Assembly: GCF_947568905.1 (NCBI RefSeq)
Contig: NC_079164.1
Span: forward strand, 103,974,001-104,038,000
From: Ostrea edulis
Lineage: Eukaryota
Direction: 5' to 3'
DNA: 64,000 bases
The position numbers and the translations under genes were made by a program. Positions 60,459 through 64,000 of this stretch are shown piece by piece. The notes under the pieces are model-generated. The model was not told where the DNA came from. It made no database searches and worked only from the letters and a program-made list of their open reading frames with translations. The stretch's first letter is position 1, and each line of letters begins with the position of its first letter.

Positions 60459-60940
60459 GTGCATGTTGTCGTGAAGATACAGTTCGGGAACACACAACAC
60501 AAAAGTTGGAATCCATCTTCCGAATGATTTCCATTTTTTTCAAACCAAGCTTATATTATTTAAGGATCAAACACCTTCGCGATTAATTAATATGCTCACC
60601 ATTATAGAAATTGCTGAGCTATTTGTGTGTTTAAGCGAGTCATTGTTTTTATAATGATAATCATACTATTGATTGATGTCGATAGTTGAAACCAGAATAT
60701 AAGGTTGTGTTCTTTAAAGATCAAACACTTTCGCGGATAAGTATCTGCTCATCATTAAATTGACCGAGTTATATTCTATTTATCGATAGTCCGACTTTGT
60801 AATAGTCCGACTTTGTTTTGGTCCAATTTTGTTATAGTCCGAGTTTGTTATAGTCCGACTTTGTTTTGGTCCGACTTATCTGACAGCGGTTGAATGTATA
60901 TAGTGCCGACTTTAAATAAAATTTACTTTACTTTACTTTA

Positions 60941-62138
60941 AACCAGAGTTTTCACCTGCCAAAAAGCGGTAAATCTAGTACGTTTTATAAATGTCGGAAC
61001 CCAAACACGGTCGAAGACACTGACCGATTTCCATAGCCCCTTTGTAAATACTGGGTTTTAAGTAATCCTATTCATGCAAAAAATATTGATTAAGATTTCA
61101 TTTTATGTTTCTATCATTATTTCCACAACACAGAATAATAAAAACTGCTGTATTTTGTTTGATTTCTAGTCAACTCGTACCCTGACCGACTCGTACCCAG
61201 GTCAACTCGTACCCAAAAGGCAAAAGTCAACTCGTACCCAAGAATCTGCCCATAATGCAATATATCTATGCGCATATATTCAATTCAATTCAATTCTTTA
61301 TTGGCACTAAAGCACATTATATAAGAATGTGTTGTTAGCCATACATAGATACACATATATATTGATACATTACAAAATATCAAACTGTTGAAAACTTATT
61401 TCTAACATTAAAACAGTCTCTGATGTAAGTGACATATCGCTTAGGTACGAGTTGTCATCATATTAAAGAGCAGGAGTCAACTCGTAACCAGATTCTTGGG
61501 TACCAGTTGACTTTTGCCTTTTGGGTACGAGTTGACCTATGGGGTACGGGTTGACCTGGGTACGAGTCGGCCAGGGTACGAGTTGACTTGACTCCTTTTG
61601 TTTTAATCGGAACAAGTAGACTCCCTTAGTTTGGTAAATTCGTACCTAAACAGCGTACGCGTACATGTAAAACGATAGTTGAGGATGTATGTCGGTAATT
61701 AGTCATGATTAAAGCATTGACCATTGATTCCGTTGCCCAGCTCTGGCCACGCGAAGGTTCCCCATTCACCCATTCATGTTATTTTGAATCGATATTTAAA
61801 CTCCGAAAGTAAAGAAATTATACTCCCTAAAGTGAATAATGTAACCCCAAAAGTGTGTTTTTACAATATTTTTCATTTTGATTAAGAAAGAAAAGGGAAA
61901 TATGATAGTACAGTCGTTAATCGTCTTGATGATGGAATGATAATATTAAAATTTGTCGTTCTTCTTCGATAAATTACATATAAATTACATGTACATATGA
62001 TTACTTTAAATCACAATTCGTATGCATTAGTAGCCTACACTGCATCAAAATAATTATTGAATTATAAAATTATTCAATTAATTCAATGACGAATATGCTT
62101 CAACAACCAAAGTTTAAAAAGAAGAACACTATTTATAA

Positions 62139-62195
<57 letters not shown>

Positions 62196-62474
62196 AGTGG
62201 ATTGAAATATTGCAAAAAAGTGCGTGTACTACACACGTATAATTACAAATAATATGTAGGGTGATACAATAAAATGCACATATAAATGCACCATACATGC
62301 AATTGCGATTTATTTAAGTTACCTTAGATATCTAGAACTCAGTCTCATTCAATATTGTCTATAATGCTAAAACGCGGACTTTCGGTAGATCAAAAGATCG
62401 GCGACCGTGTTCGGGTTTCGGCATTTATAAAACGTACTAGATTTACCGCTTTTTGTTATCCGAAAACTCTGGTT
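60941..62474. mobile_element. 1.5-kb TIR element
   Basis: aaccagagttttc..aaaaagcggtaaatctagtacgttttataaatg..aacacggtcg is mirrored at 62401-62474. Confidence 0.7.
61168..61588. mobile_element. MITE with TIRs built of gtcaactcgtaccc sub-repeats
   Basis: Left and right arrays are reverse complements; nested in 60941-62474. Confidence 0.75.
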
Positions 62475-63669
62475 CAGTATCTTCTTTACAGAATTTCCCC
62501 AGAAAGTTATATGATTCTTGTTTAATAGGTCACAAACAGTTATCACATTAAGTTTGATGTCATTCTATCGACTATTAAGAGAGAAATCATACAAAAATCG
62601 TTATCCGGGACTTTCGGCTTTCGGGTTTCGGCCGTACTACATTTACCGCTTACCCTTATTTTCTCCGTGGGACTTGTTTTAGTATGACCCGTTTTATTAT
62701 GTCTACTCGTTGAATGTTAGTATTCTAGACTAGTTTCAGACATACATCATGATTTTAAAAATCTGATTTATAGAAAAGTATGACATTACAATGGAGTGGA
62801 GAACAAGTGGTCGCAAAATTGCAAGATGTCCAGGTAAGAAATATTTAAGTTGTTGTTCAACTGTAGACAGTGTAATATTCACTAATAACAAACGATTAAA
62901 ATACATTATTTTAATGAACAGGTCCTGATATTGCATTATATAAAGATTATTACTAACTACGTAGCTACTTATGCAGGAATCAAAACGATTCCTATCTGAA
63001 ACTTAAATTTGCACATTCATGATTCAATTCCTGGTTCTGCTTGGTAATGACCACAATATCAACTGGATGATTATTCTGCCATAGAGAACACATGTATGTA
63101 AAAGAGTTCAAAATAAAAACACAAAATCTTTAGTCCTTAAAATTTGTGTTGGGACACCTGCTTCCCGAAGGCTTTGAGTGTTTAAAAGTGACTCAATTCT
63201 TGGTGGAATTGGGGTGGATTATTATGTTAATTTTTTGATTGGTCAATTTAATCCACCATCTGTGCTTTGTTTTTGTGATATAAGTTGACTATATAGATAT
63301 AATTAATGAAATTTTAATGTTTATACTCCACTCCCATCCAATCTTATATAAATAGATTGAATATATCAGAGACTCTTGGTGTCAAGAGTGATTTTATCCA
63401 AATGTTCAGATATCTGTGTATTATAATATTGTTTGAAATAACTAGTACATATGACGTAGATCATTATAAGATAACCATGGCTGATCTCGTCTTTTACTCT
63501 ACTGATGATTAGAATACGAGATCAGTCTTGGAAATCCGACAGTACATGTAGATATAGATACTTGTATAGCAGAAAGTCTTTGGATGAGACCTGGGGTCAT
63601 GGGTCTCGTTTTTAGTGACTGATTTTCAATTGTAGCTGAGATTAATAGAATCCTTCATTAGTACGAGTG

Positions 63670-64000
63670 TGGGATAGGGAAATTCCACAGAGGGGACAAG
63701 ATTTGCAGTCTATGATGAGGCTTTGCCGAGTCTTAGACATTGAATCTTGTTCCAGGTTTACAGTGTAAACCATTTTCAGGTACGCTCTTTCTGCTTATCT
63801 AATTAGTTTTTGCATTGAAGTTCAAATGAGGATTTTGATAATTTAAAATTTTCTCAAAGCTCCTAAATTTATGCACTAAACTGTAGGGAAAATGTGAGAA
63901 AAATAATCCTTCATTATTTACTAGTATGGGATAGGGAAATTCCACCTCTGGAACAAGATTCGTTGTCTAAGACTCGTCAAAGCCTTGTCCTAGACAGCGA
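63670..64000. mobile_element. Two fragments of a small MITE family in opposite orientations
   Basis: Both start tgggatagggaaattccac; their cores are reverse complements (63670-63757 and 63925-end). Confidence 0.55.

Larger units (their letters stand above)
59300..60516 (-). pseudogene. MULE transposase exon 1 (PHD finger N-half), split by a 1.1-kb MITE
   Basis: Removing 59357-60458 and one TSD copy gives MDSNFCVVCSRTVSSRQHALLCDCCNHWQHRICDT + G (106 nt), donor gtgagt. Confidence 0.82.
51641..60884 (-). mobile_element. MULE (Mutator-like) DNA transposon, about 9.2 kb, defective
   Basis: Inverted ends beginning gtcagat with arrays of ~16-bp sub-repeats (aacaaactcggactat; 51641-51730 vs 60786-60884) enclose a spliced PHD-FLYWCH-MULE transposase; no TSD recovered. 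Confidence 0.75.

Overview
AT-rich eukaryotic genomic DNA with spliceosomal introns; the repeat content (Helentron-like elements with Cg170-like satellite monomers, bivalve-type SINEs) suggests an oyster (Ostreidae; inference). All exon models below were reconstructed by hand from splice sites and reading phase. Host genes: (1) the first two coding exons of an SLC6 amino-acid transporter (minus strand; the gene runs off the left edge); (2) a six-exon METTL9 (plus strand, 30604-40258) whose exon 2 carries two single-base deletions; (3) a convergent five-exon gene (minus strand, 48221-41087, about 796 aa) with an N-terminal integrase-type H2C2 zinc-binding domain, no catalytic core, a 580-codon low-complexity exon and an unrecognised helical C-terminus. 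The rest is densely nested mobile DNA. It includes a 9.2-kb MULE transposon with a broken, spliced PHD-FLYWCH-DDE transposase; tRNA-containing solo LTRs (TG..CA, 4-bp TSD; Helenus-like); tRNA-containing TTAA MITEs; a 5'-truncated L1/Tx1 with poly(A) and a 14-bp TSD; Penelope-like and DIRS remnants; SINEs; a 5S-derived fragment; and Helentron-borne satellites. A 3.6-kb 27-bp minisatellite holds two copies of a type I hammerhead-ribozyme module with a G12A core change. One 220-N assembly gap. No CRISPR array or intact tRNA/rRNA gene is supported.
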